This document shows, piece after piece, positions 8,700-20,209 of a stretch of DNA of 64,000 bases. Both the position numbers and the translations under genes were made by a program. Where the stretch lies: the NCBI GenBank assembly GCA_018061145.1, contig JAGOUR010000003.1:32170-96169 (forward strand), written 5' to 3'. Position 1 is the stretch's first letter, and each line of letters opens with the position of its first letter. This stretch comes from Minisyncoccota bacterium (GTDB lineage: Bacteria > Patescibacteriota > Minisyncoccia > Phycocordibacterales > UBA9973). The notes beneath the pieces were generated by a model. The model searched no databases. It saw only the letters and a list, made by a program, of their open reading frames with translations, and was not told where the DNA came from.

Positions 8700-9902
8700 A
8701 TGTTATTCACATATAAAGCCATCACTAATACAAATGAGAAAAAGGAGGGGTCTGTAGAGGCTCTGAATCGTGACATGGCAGTCACAGCTCTTCAGCGTAG
8801 GGGATTGGTGGTATTGTCTATCTCCGAAGAGGGTAAACCAAAAAGTTTTCTTGAGATAAAATTGTTTGATGGTGTACCCATGAAAGACATCGTGATAATG
8901 TCTCGTCAGATATCGACACTATTTGAAGCCAATGTCTCCGCCCTCAAGGCATTTAACCTGCTCGCAGACAATACAAAGAATGAAAAGCTTTCACACACCC
9001 TACATACTATATGCGAGGATATCCAGGCTGGGTCACCTATCAATGGTGCCATGTCAAAGCACCCAGATATATTCTCTGATTTTTATGTGAATATGGTAAA
9101 AGCTGGAGAGGAGTCTGGAAAATTGACTCAAACATTTACATACTTGGCTGACTATCTAGAGCGTCAGTATCAGCTAACTTCAAAAACAAAGAATGCGCTC
9201 ATATACCCATCTTTTGTTATCGGTATATTTATAACCGTTATGACTCTGATGTTCGTATTTATCATCCCAAAACTATCTGCTATCATCAAAGAATCAGGGC
9301 AGGAAATCCCATTTTTTACAAAGATTATCATGGGGATGAGTGATTTGTTGGTGAATTATGGTATCTTTATTTTAGTTTTTATTGCTATAGGCGTATTCTT
9401 CTTGTATCGTTTTACTCGCACTGATAATGGCCAATCCTATCTAGATAGATTAAAGATTAGTATTCCTATCGTGAGCAACATATATCAAAAACTGTATCTG
9501 TCTCGTATGGCAGACAATATGGAGACTATGCTATCTTCTGGTATACCTATTATCAGATCTATCGAGCTGACTTCTGCTGTGGTGGGTAATCGTGTATATG
9601 CAGATATTCTCAAGGATACTACTGCTATGGTGAAATCAGGGAGCTCACTTTCTGATGCATTTGCAAAACACAAAGAGATACCAGAGATTATGTCTCAGAT
9701 GATCAAGGTGGGGGAGGAGACTGGATCACTCGGCAATATCCTCAAGACATTAGGACATTTTTATAATCGTGAAGTCCAGGATGCAGTCGATACGCTCGTC
9801 GGACTCATCGAGCCTATCATGATCGTAGCATTGGGTCTGGGAGTGGGTATACTCCTATCTGCCGTACTGATGCCTATCTATAATATTGCAAGTGGAATAT
9901 AA
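8700..9902 (+). CDS. pilC: Type IV pilus inner-membrane platform protein PilC (GspF family)
   Basis: 400 aa; duplicated GspF domains with 3 TM; synteny with pilB/pilT. Confidence 0.85.
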   Translation: MLFTYKAITNTNEKKEGSVEALNRDMAVTALQRRGLVVLSISEEGKPKSFLEIKLFDGVPMKDIVIMSRQISTLFEANVSALKAFNLLADNTKNEKLSHTLHTICEDIQAGSPINGAMSKHPDIFSDFYVNMVKAGEESGKLTQTFTYLADYLERQYQLTSKTKNALIYPSFVIGIFITVMTLMFVFIIPKLSAIIKESGQEIPFFTKIIMGMSDLLVNYGIFILVFIAIGVFFLYRFTRTDNGQSYLDRLKISIPIVSNIYQKLYLSRMADNMETMLSSGIPIIRSIELTSAVVGNRVYADILKDTTAMVKSGSSLSDAFAKHKEIPEIMSQMIKVGEETGSLGNILKTLGHFYNREVQDAVDTLVGLIEPIMIVALGLGVGILLSAVLMPIYNIASGI

Positions 9903-9935
9903 CACAAAAACCCTCGAAAGAGGGTTTTTGTTATC
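9903..9935 (+). terminator. Intrinsic terminator (AAAAACCCTC-GAAA-GAGGGTTTTTG)
   Basis: Perfect hairpin plus T-run directly after the pilC stop. Confidence 0.75.
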
Positions 9936-9942
9936 CACACTA

Positions 9943-9973
9943 TTGCACTTTTTAATATTGTTTATGATATAAT
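9943..9973 (+). promoter_or_regulatory. Strong sigma70-like promoter for the major pilin (-35 TTGCAC, extended -10 TGaTATAAT), followed by a 5' UTR hairpin
   Basis: TTGCAC at 9943-9948 and TATAAT at 9968-9973 preceded by TG; hairpin GCTCTAT-CGT-ATAGAGC at about 9996-10012. Confidence 0.5.
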
Positions 9974-10037
9974 ATTACTATTAGAAATAAGGTCGCGCTC
10001 TATCGTATAGAGCACAATTATTAATAGTTTTAAAATT

Positions 10038-10478
10038 ATGAAATTAAATTATAAAAAAGGTTTTACATTGATCGAATTGTTGGTTGTTATCGCAATCATC
10101 GGTATCCTCGCATCTATCGTTCTTACGTCTTTGACATCAGCAAAGAACAAAGCTAATCGTACAGCTGCAATGGCAAATCTACGTGGGGTTATGCCTGAAT
10201 TAATTATGTGTGCTGACGGTGGAGGTTATGGTTATACTGCGGGTGCTCCGACGGGGGGTACGACTTATGTTTGTCAGGCTGCTGCTACTGGAAATGCATT
10301 ACCAGCAAATTACATTGGACCAGTTTGGCCATCACTTGGTAATACAGGATGGGCATATGGAACACCTGTAGTTACTCCAGCTGGAACTCTTTCTGCGGCT
10401 ACTTCATACGTTTATACAGCTACAAAAACTGGAGAGGCAACTATTACTTGTACTTTCCCTACAGGAACCTGTTCATAG
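10038..10478 (+). CDS. pilA: Major type IV pilin (class III signal peptide)
   Basis: KKGF|TLIELLVVIAIIGILASIV prepilin leader with Gly-1 and Glu+5; followed by a terminator at about 10490-10525. Confidence 0.85.
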   Translation: MKLNYKKGFTLIELLVVIAIIGILASIVLTSLTSAKNKANRTAAMANLRGVMPELIMCADGGGYGYTAGAPTGGTTYVCQAAATGNALPANYIGPVWPSLGNTGWAYGTPVVTPAGTLSAATSYVYTATKTGEATITCTFPTGTCS

Positions 10479-10553
10479 TATTTTTTCTTAAAAAACCACC
10501 CATTTGGGTGGTTTTTGTTTTGAATGGTATCTGTATGATGATATAATAATAGT

Positions 10554-11363
10554 ATGATTACTCTTATTTATATATTTATTTTTTGTCTCGGTTGTATTAT
10601 TGGTAGCTTTTTGAATGTCGTTATTTATAGATTCAATAGTGGCAAGACACTAGGGGGGAGGTCTATGTGTATGACTTGTAGCAAGACTCTGTCTTGGTAT
10701 GAATTGATCCCTGTCATCAGTTTTTTATTCCAAAAAGGCAAGTGCAATACTTGCGCCACAAAAATCTCGCATCAGTATCCGATAGTAGAGTTCATCACTG
10801 GGGCTGTGTTCACAGCTGTGGCATACCATTTTTCTCCGCTCCTATCGTATGCTTTTAATCAGTACGTTCTATTGGTGACATTGTATACAATGATGTTTTC
10901 TTTGCTCATTGTCATATCTGTTTATGATATGCGCCACAAGATTATCCCAGACATGCTCGTATTTGTTTTTGGCATATTCGCTTTCTCTTCTATGTTTATA
11001 AATCAGGGTATCGGTTCTAGTATGCTTATACAGCCGACATTCCTATCTCTCATATCTGGTGTCGTGTATGCGTTACCTTTTGCATTGATATCTCTTGTGT
11101 CTAGGCAGAGGCTTATGGGTTTTGGTGATTCAAAAATGATCCTAGGTATAGGGTGGATGCTCGGATTGATGCAGGGTGGTGCTGCTATTATGTTGGCATT
11201 TTGGATTGGGACTCTCGCTAGTTTGGCTGTAATGTTTATCGGAAGGCATAAAGTTTCTATGAATACAGAAGTTCCATTTGGACCATTTCTAGCTATCAGT
11301 GCATTTTTAGTCTTTATATTTAATATAAATATCTTTGATTTAGCTTCTGTTTTTACATTTTAA
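10554..11363 (+). CDS. pilD: Prepilin peptidase PilD (A24 family)
   Basis: N-terminal CxxC...CxxC zinc motif; polytopic membrane protein with catalytic Asp motifs (YDMRHKIIPD, GFGDSKM). Confidence 0.85.
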   Translation: MITLIYIFIFCLGCIIGSFLNVVIYRFNSGKTLGGRSMCMTCSKTLSWYELIPVISFLFQKGKCNTCATKISHQYPIVEFITGAVFTAVAYHFSPLLSYAFNQYVLLVTLYTMMFSLLIVISVYDMRHKIIPDMLVFVFGIFAFSSMFINQGIGSSMLIQPTFLSLISGVVYALPFALISLVSRQRLMGFGDSKMILGIGWMLGLMQGGAAIMLAFWIGTLASLAVMFIGRHKVSMNTEVPFGPFLAISAFLVFIFNINIFDLASVFTF

Positions 11364-11369
11364 AATATT

Positions 11370-12068
11370 ATGCGTGGACATTTATTAAAATATAATAGAG
11401 GTATGACCCTAGTAGAATTACTGGTGGTGCTTTCTATTTTTGCTATTATATCTATGACTGTCGCTTTTAATTATAGTAGCTATAAATCTACAACATCTAC
11501 AAATGTCCTAGCTCAAGACGTAGCCCTGTCTATCCGTGAAGCCCAAGGTTATGCTATGGGTGTAAAATCCGTATCTACTGCAGGCAGTAGTATATTCCCT
11601 GGGTATGGTGTACATTTCAGTCCTAGTGGTAGTGGTCCGATATCTGGTAGTTCAAAATCTTTTATTCTTTTTGCTGATATACCATTTGATATTAATAATC
11701 CTCAAGACAAGGGTGATTCTGAATATGGGTTTCCTGTCTCTGCCACCCCAGATCAATCTGCTTGTGATGGGTCAGTGTTAGGTTCCGATAATGAGTGTAT
11801 CTCCGTCATCACTATATCCGGAGGGGATAAGATTCTAGGTGTCTGTGCTAACTCTGAATGCGAAGATTTAACCCCAAATCCAAATGGGTCTCTGGATATT
11901 GTGTTCCGTAGGCCAAATCCCGATGCTGTATTTTGTTATAGAGTGAATGCTAGTGATAGTTGTGCTCCTGAGATTTCTTCTGTTGGTATTATAGTTCAAT
12001 CAGAGTCAGATCAAAATATTTTAAAAAAAATAGTAGTCTGGAATACTGGCCAAATAAGCGTAGAATAA
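11370..12068 (+). CDS. Minor pilin / pseudopilin (prepilin-type N-terminal methylation domain)
   Basis: RGMTLVELLVVLSIFAIISM leader. Confidence 0.7.
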   Translation: MRGHLLKYNRGMTLVELLVVLSIFAIISMTVAFNYSSYKSTTSTNVLAQDVALSIREAQGYAMGVKSVSTAGSSIFPGYGVHFSPSGSGPISGSSKSFILFADIPFDINNPQDKGDSEYGFPVSATPDQSACDGSVLGSDNECISVITISGGDKILGVCANSECEDLTPNPNGSLDIVFRRPNPDAVFCYRVNASDSCAPEISSVGIIVQSESDQNILKKIVVWNTGQISVE

Positions 12069-12072
12069 TATA

Positions 12073-12690
12073 ATGACTAATTGCGAATTACTAATTACAA
12101 ATAAAGGGAAGAATCATATCGCCACTAAAAACAAGATGGGGGGTTTTACTCTGATCGAGTTAATGGTGTCTATGTCTATCTTCATGATTGTCATGATCAT
12201 GGCGCTAGGTGCTCTTGTGAATATAAGCAATGTAGCCAAGAAGTCTCGTGCACTCCATCAGGCTATGGACAATGTGAATTTTGCCATGGAGAGTATGACT
12301 AGATCTCTACGTACTGGTAGCAATTATGATTGCGGTAGTACAGATTTATCAACTCAAGATACAGATGATTGTCCTAGTGGGGAAGATTCTATTTCTTTTA
12401 TTTCTCAAAACAAGGGTTCGACTTCAAACAAGGATGTGGCTTATGAGTTGTCAAACAATGGTTCTTTACAAAAATGTGTTTTGAATAGTTTTAATTCAAA
12501 AGAGTGTATTAGTATGACTTCATCAAATGTTAAGATTGAGAATCTACAATTTTACGTGACTGGCTCCGACCCTATTCTGGATCAGATCCAGCCGAGTGTA
12601 TATATATCTATGAAGGGTAGCGTGTCTGTCGGATCTGAAAAAACAGAATTTGCTCTGCAGACTTTTGTCTCTCAGAGAAATAGCGAATAA
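12073..12690 (+). CDS. Minor pilin / pseudopilin
   Basis: GGFTLIELMVSMSIFMIVMI leader. Confidence 0.7.
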   Translation: MTNCELLITNKGKNHIATKNKMGGFTLIELMVSMSIFMIVMIMALGALVNISNVAKKSRALHQAMDNVNFAMESMTRSLRTGSNYDCGSTDLSTQDTDDCPSGEDSISFISQNKGSTSNKDVAYELSNNGSLQKCVLNSFNSKECISMTSSNVKIENLQFYVTGSDPILDQIQPSVYISMKGSVSVGSEKTEFALQTFVSQRNSE

Positions 12691-12693
12691 TTT

Positions 12694-13281
12694 ATGATTA
12701 AAAAGATAAATAAAAATAAAGGTTTTACTATACTAGAGACTCTCATCGCAGTCGTGCTCCTTTCTCTTGTCTTGAATTCAGTGTTGACCCTCATCTCTAG
12801 GAGTCTTTTTACTGCTCAGTATGCGAAGAATGACATGATCGCTTCCTATCTACTCCAAGAGTCTGCAGACTATATTCGCAATACTCGCGATACTCAGATG
12901 AAGATAGATCCAGCTGTCGGGTGGGGGAATTTTCTCGACTTTTATAATTTGAATGATTCAAATGGTCAGCAGACTAGGGTGTGTAAAATAAAAATATACC
13001 CTGGTTCAATTTCTAGCCCAACTGCACCCGAATGTTCCAATAATAATGGGAATAATGCACCAGATGTATTCTACTATCACAAGGACACTAGTGGTGGCAG
13101 TTATTATTCTACAGAAAAGGGGAGTGACTATGCTGACACTACTTTCAGCCGATTGGTTGTATTGTCAAAGAATAATAGTGGCGACGAGGTGGATGTTTCT
13201 ATTACGATAAATTGGAAAAATGGTAATAACTCTAAATCAAAATCTTACAATTTGAGCTTTACTGATTGGCAGACAAATTAA
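12694..13281 (+). CDS. Minor pilin / pseudopilin
   Basis: KGFTILETLIAVVLLSLVL leader. Confidence 0.7.
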   Translation: MIKKINKNKGFTILETLIAVVLLSLVLNSVLTLISRSLFTAQYAKNDMIASYLLQESADYIRNTRDTQMKIDPAVGWGNFLDFYNLNDSNGQQTRVCKIKIYPGSISSPTAPECSNNNGNNAPDVFYYHKDTSGGSYYSTEKGSDYADTTFSRLVVLSKNNSGDEVDVSITINWKNGNNSKSKSYNLSFTDWQTN

Positions 13282-13284
13282 TAT

Positions 13285-15895
<2,611 letters not shown>

Positions 15896-15896
15896 A

Positions 15897-15930
15897 AAAA
15901 AGGGAGCTGACATTGTCAACTCCCTTTAAT
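15897..15930. terminator. Bidirectional terminator hairpin (GGGAGCTGACA-T-TGTCAACTCCC) between convergent genes
   Basis: Inverted repeat seen directly. Confidence 0.6.
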
Positions 15931-16842
15931 TTCTTTCATGGCTTCGCTTAATCTTTTTTTGATTAAGTACTTCGCGGCTTTTTTACCAATCCACGATGTC
16001 GCAAAAATATTTTCCATTATTTGAAAAATAAAATAACTATTTTTTTCAAATTCTTTCAATATTTTTAGCCTCTCTTCTTTGTGCCAAGATGCAAGCTGAT
16101 CACTATTTACTAAAGGATTTTTTCCTTTCAATAAAATATTTTCATCTATCTTGTGCAAATCTGCATCTTCTTTTGAAATAGTGATAATACCTAGATTGGC
16201 ATCATGATTAAAATCATTGACCCAATCCATCCTAGTAATAAAACCATTTAGTTGATAAGCTAGGTTTATACATTTCTTTGTATTACCCCTTAGTACCTTG
16301 GAAACAAAAGATACAAATAGTAGATCTTGATAATTAGCAAAGGACGATAATTCTTCCTTTGTCCTCAGCGAAGGGAAAAATCTGGATTCATTTTCTTTTA
16401 TCATATAACTCCACAAACTAAACACATCATCTTTCAATAAGATTTTATGTTTTTCAGATTGAGAAATTAGGAACAAAAGTAGTAAATCTTCTTTTCTTGT
16501 GACTTGGATTTTGTTGGCATCTGAGCATTTCATTAATTGGTTCACGAATACTTTTTTTTCTTTTAGGTAATCTTCGTGTTTTAAGCCGTGCAATGGAGCT
16601 TTTTCTTCATCCATAATGTCATCAACTGTTCTGAACCATCCATAACAAGACAAAATCATCATTCCTCTTTTTCCAAAAAAAATAATACCAATCAATACAA
16701 AACCGATTGAAAAAATTACCGATTTTAATTTGTTGATAAGAGTTTTTTCTTCTAAGAAAAGTAATTTCTTTGTCAGGAGCATGTTGAATACATACCAGGG
16801 GACATACAGATAGATTGAAATTCTGTTTTCTTCTAATTTCAT
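15916..16842 (-). CDS. Hypothetical membrane-anchored protein with a DDxxD motif (possible isoprenoid-synthase-like fold; weak)
   Basis: 308 aa; N-terminal TM; VDDIMDEE (DDxxD) and a later NDFNHD motif; no strong family call. Confidence 0.3.
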   Translation of the reverse strand: MKLEENRISIYLYVPWYVFNMLLTKKLLFLEEKTLINKLKSVIFSIGFVLIGIIFFGKRGMMILSCYGWFRTVDDIMDEEKAPLHGLKHEDYLKEKKVFVNQLMKCSDANKIQVTRKEDLLLLFLISQSEKHKILLKDDVFSLWSYMIKENESRFFPSLRTKEELSSFANYQDLLFVSFVSKVLRGNTKKCINLAYQLNGFITRMDWVNDFNHDANLGIITISKEDADLHKIDENILLKGKNPLVNSDQLASWHKEERLKILKEFEKNSYFIFQIMENIFATSWIGKKAAKYLIKKRLSEAMKEIKGS

Positions 16843-16926
16843 AAGGTTATTAATTTTTAAAAACTATATAACATTAAAGAATAATTGTCAATTAATATAA
16901 AAAGATATTTAGTATATAATTTGAGC

Positions 16927-17208
16927 ATGCAATTAGAAGATATTAAAAAACTAGCAGAGATGGCTCGTGTAGATATGAGCGATGAACAGATGAGTCAGAT
17001 GGCTCATGATTTTGATGGTATTTTGGCATATGTAGGCCAAGTCCAAGAGGCTGTAAAGCTCGTAGAAGAAAACGATGCCAATTTTACTTTGAACAATGTA
17101 GCCCGAGAAGATGTGCAGACAAATCGCGGTGGTGAATATACAAGCAAGATTATTGAGCAATTCCCTGATCAGAATAACGGATACCTGAAGGTCAAACAAA
17201 TTTTATAA
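16927..17208 (+). CDS. gatC: Glu/Asp-tRNA amidotransferase subunit C (GatC); start taken at the internal Met
   Basis: Size about 95 aa; pattern LEDIKKLAEMARVDMSDEQ...AHDFDGILAYVGQVQE typical of GatC; immediately upstream of gatA. Confidence 0.7.
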   Translation: MQLEDIKKLAEMARVDMSDEQMSQMAHDFDGILAYVGQVQEAVKLVEENDANFTLNNVAREDVQTNRGGEYTSKIIEQFPDQNNGYLKVKQIL

Positions 17209-17298
17209 TTTTGTAATTTTTAAATAATGTCTAAATTAATTAATTCTAAACATTAAAAATTATTTATAAAATTAAAAATTCTAAATTAAAAATTATTT

Positions 17299-18732
17299 AT
17301 GAACATAAATCTCAAAGAACTTACAATAGAAAAGGCACATGCAGATATGAAAGGCGGGGTATATACTCCGACTGATCTTGCGAATGCATATCTTTCTGTA
17401 ATCGCAGAAAAAAATGCAGATATTAACGCGTACGTAGAAGTGTATCCAGATGTGTTGGATCAGGCAAAGAGAGCAGAGGAAATGTTTGCAAATGGAACTG
17501 CGACTATGATGACTGGTATACCAGTTGCATTAAAAGACAATATGCTCCGTGATGGATATGTAGCTTCAGCTGCTTCTACTATTCTCAAAAATTATAAATC
17601 TACTTATGATTCTTTTGTTGTAAAACAATTAAAGGATGCAGGTGCGGTATTCCTAGGTAGGGCAAATATGGACGATGCTGCTATGGGTAGCTCAACTGAG
17701 ACGAGTGCCTATGGTCCTACAAAGAATCCACTCAACACCGACTATGTTCCTGGTGGTTCATCTGGTGGTTCAGTATCTGCCGTCGCTATGGATGGTGCAC
17801 TCGTAGCTCTAGGGTCTGATACTGGTGGATCTATTCGTCAGCCAGCATCTTTTACAAATCTCGTAGGGTTCAAGCCTACATATGGGGCTGTGTCACGTAG
17901 CGGTATCATCGCTATGGCAAGTTCGCTGGATCAAGTAGGTCCTATAGCCAAAACTGTAGCTGATGCAGAAATTCTTTTCAATGCGATAAATGCCCACGAT
18001 CCTATGGATGGGACATCTGCTCCAAAAGAATTATTAAGTACTATTGATAATTCACCAATCAAGAAAAAAATTGGCATACCTCGTGAATTTTTGAAGGGGG
18101 ATGGTATAGATGCTGATGTTTTGAAAAATTTTGAAGAAAGTTGTGAGAAATTAAAAAATGCAGGATATGAATTGGTGGATGTATCTTTGCCTCTCATAAA
18201 ATATTCTCTCTCTGTTTATTATATAGTTCAGCCAGCTGAAGTATCTAGCAATCTAGGTCGCTACGATGGTATGCGCTATGGATTGAATGTTGAGGCAGGG
18301 AAGCTTTTTGACGTCTATGCAAAATCACGAGGTCAAGGATTTGGTAAAGAAGTTCTCCGTCGTATTATCCTCGGCACATATATTCTGTCTCATGGATATT
18401 ATGATGCATACTACAATACCGCTGTAAAAGTTCGTGAGGGGATAAAAAAGGAGTTAGCAAATGTGTTTAAGGATGTAGATGTTATCATCACACCTACTAC
18501 ACCTACACCTCCATTTAAATTTGGGGCAAAATCAAAAGACCCACTTTCTATGTATATGTCTGATCTATTTTGTGTCCCAGCAAATATAGCTGGCATCCCA
18601 GCTATATCTATACCATCAGGGTTGTCAGATGATGGTATGCCTCTTGGGTTCCAGATGATGGCCCCACATTTCCGTGAAGATATTCTATTTACTATTGGGA
18701 AAGATTTTGAGCGGGAGGTATTATCCCGTTAG
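17299..18732 (+). CDS. gatA: Glu-tRNA(Gln) amidotransferase subunit A (GatA), amidase signature family
   Basis: GGSSGGS amidase signature, Ser-cisSer-Lys triad context; 477 aa. Confidence 0.9.
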   Translation: MNINLKELTIEKAHADMKGGVYTPTDLANAYLSVIAEKNADINAYVEVYPDVLDQAKRAEEMFANGTATMMTGIPVALKDNMLRDGYVASAASTILKNYKSTYDSFVVKQLKDAGAVFLGRANMDDAAMGSSTETSAYGPTKNPLNTDYVPGGSSGGSVSAVAMDGALVALGSDTGGSIRQPASFTNLVGFKPTYGAVSRSGIIAMASSLDQVGPIAKTVADAEILFNAINAHDPMDGTSAPKELLSTIDNSPIKKKIGIPREFLKGDGIDADVLKNFEESCEKLKNAGYELVDVSLPLIKYSLSVYYIVQPAEVSSNLGRYDGMRYGLNVEAGKLFDVYAKSRGQGFGKEVLRRIILGTYILSHGYYDAYYNTAVKVREGIKKELANVFKDVDVIITPTTPTPPFKFGAKSKDPLSMYMSDLFCVPANIAGIPAISIPSGLSDDGMPLGFQMMAPHFREDILFTIGKDFEREVLSR

Positions 18733-18840
18733 AAGCCGCGATCGCACTATAGCGTTAAACAACAGAACATATTATAATATGTTTATTATGAATAATTATT
18801 GCAGATTCAATTTAATCGCGATCTGCTTCTAACGGGATGG
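18722..18840. repeat. Long inverted-repeat element (about 21-bp arms around about 75 bp of AT-rich sequence with an internal perfect 18-bp palindrome) spanning the gatA stop and the next gene's start
   Basis: ATCCCGTTAGAAGCCGCGATCGC ... GCGATCTGCTTCTAACGGGAT; internal AACATATTATAATATGTT. Confidence 0.6.
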
Positions 18841-19517
18841 CAGAAAAGCATGATGATCATGGTGGAGGAGGAATAGGGGATGAGATACTATGGGTAATCA
18901 TAGGACTCATTGTTTTGTTCGTTGTAATTTTTGGTTTTACTAAACCATTCGATCCCACCTATATAAATCTTTATGCTGTTTTCGGTAAGATACTCCCTGG
19001 ATTCCAGGTATTGATGAGGTCGATTCTCGATCCACATCTATGGTCCACATTGGGCTATATATCTATGTCTATATCTCTTCTCTGTATATCTATAATAATA
19101 TTCTCTCTTGTTCGAATGTTTGAAATTCAATTTCATGAAGATGATGAGATAGAGCACGAGATACGTGAGGCTCTAGCTCGCGATGCCGAGAGGGAACGCA
19201 ATGAGAATCCAAGATGGAGATATATCCAGACCCTAGTAGATAGTCCAAATGAATCTGATTGGCGAATTGCTATTATCGAGGCTGATACCATGCTCGACGA
19301 GATACTCTCTGATCGTGGATACAGTGGCAATACTCTAGCTGAAAAATTAAAGGAAGTAGATGCCGGAGCATTCTCTAGTCTGCAGAGTGCGTGGGACGCA
19401 CATGCTATGAGAAACAAGATTGCTCATGAAGGTTCAGATTTTTCTATAACAGAGCTCGAAGCTCGCCGTGTCATCAAAATGTTCCAAAATGTCTTTGAAG
19501 AATTAAGAGCGATATAA
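18837..19517 (+). CDS. Hypothetical membrane protein (2-3 TM helices, then a soluble C-terminal domain)
   Basis: 226 aa ORF, hydrophobic stretches; no motif. Confidence 0.4.
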   Translation: MAEKHDDHGGGGIGDEILWVIIGLIVLFVVIFGFTKPFDPTYINLYAVFGKILPGFQVLMRSILDPHLWSTLGYISMSISLLCISIIIFSLVRMFEIQFHEDDEIEHEIREALARDAERERNENPRWRYIQTLVDSPNESDWRIAIIEADTMLDEILSDRGYSGNTLAEKLKEVDAGAFSSLQSAWDAHAMRNKIAHEGSDFSITELEARRVIKMFQNVFEELRAI

Positions 19518-19588
19518 ACATTGCAAAATATCTGTTTTTTTAGTATAGTGTATTTGCTCATCTGAGCGTTGTTTTTGTTATATTATAT

Positions 19589-19659
19589 AGCGGGATAGAG
19601 AAGAGGTATCTCGTAAGGCTCATAACCTTAAGACGGCCGTTCGATTCGGCCTCCCGCAA
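19589..19659 (+). tRNA. tRNA-Met (CAT), initiator-like (1:72 mismatch, A11:U24)
   Basis: Acceptor AGCGGGA/TCCCGCA with A1.A72 unpaired; D-stem GAGA/TCTC; anticodon stem TAAGG/CCTTA with loop CTCATAA; T-arm GGCCG-TTCGATT-CGGCC; discriminator A. Confidence 0.65.
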
Positions 19660-19782
19660 CAATCGGCAAGTGACATGCCAAAACATGTCCATTGCTGAAA
19701 ATGTTTTATGTCGATGTAGCTGTTTTAGTTAGAAAGCAAATATATGGCATATAGCTTGTTTTATGGTTAAGTGTATATAAAT

Positions 19783-19859
19783 GTCGATATAGCTCAGGTA
19801 GTTAGAGCATCGCACTCATAAAGCGAAGGTCGCAGGTGCAACTCCTGCTATCGACACCA
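19783..19859 (+). tRNA. tRNA-Met or tRNA-Ile2 (anticodon CAT), elongator type, CCA encoded
   Basis: Acceptor GTCGATA/TATCGAC; D-stem GCTC/GAGC; anticodon loop CTCATAA; T-stem GCAGG/CCTGC with an unusual T-loop TGCAACT. Confidence 0.7.
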
Positions 19860-19884
19860 TGCAGATTTATCTGCATTAAAAATT

Positions 19885-19958
19885 GCGGTCGTAGCTCAAC
19901 TGGTTAGAGCACTCGCCTGTCACGCGAGAGGTTGCCGGTTCAAGTCCGGTCGACCGCG
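19885..19958 (+). tRNA. tRNA-Asp (GTC)
   Basis: Acceptor GCGGTCG/CGACCGC; anticodon stem CTCGC/GCGAG with loop CTGTCAC; T-arm CCGG-TTCAAGT-CCGG. Confidence 0.85.
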
Positions 19959-20007
19959 CATTGAAAAATACCTATGAATGAGTTATCATTCATAGGTATT
20001 TTTCTTT

Positions 20008-20080
20008 TGCCGTCATAGCTTAGTGGTAAAGCACTGTCTTGGTAAGACAGAGACCGTGAGTCCGATTCTCACTGACGGCT
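20008..20080 (+). tRNA. tRNA-Thr (GGT)
   Basis: Acceptor GCCGTCA/TGACGGC; anticodon stem CTGTC/GACAG with loop TTGGTAA; T-arm GTGAG-TCCGATT-CTCAC. Confidence 0.85.
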
Positions 20081-20088
20081 CAATATAA

Positions 20089-20160
20089 GCCTCTTTAGTT
20101 CAGTGGCAGAACAACGGTATCGTAAACCGTGAACACCAGTCCGATTCTGGTAGGAGGCTC
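20089..20160 (+). tRNA. tRNA-Thr (CGT)
   Basis: Acceptor GCCTCTT/AGGAGGC (one G.U); anticodon stem ACGGT/ACCGT with loop ATCGTAA; T-arm ACCAG-TCCGATT-CTGGT. Confidence 0.8.
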
Positions 20161-20209
20161 ATTGATTTAACTATGTTTTTAATGTATAGTTTTTAAAAAC
20201 CAAAACAGT

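Noticed and set aside
10349-10546. 65-aa ORF overlapping the 3' end of the pilin gene and its terminator
   Set aside because: It is low-complexity, overlaps a strong terminator hairpin, and has no start context.
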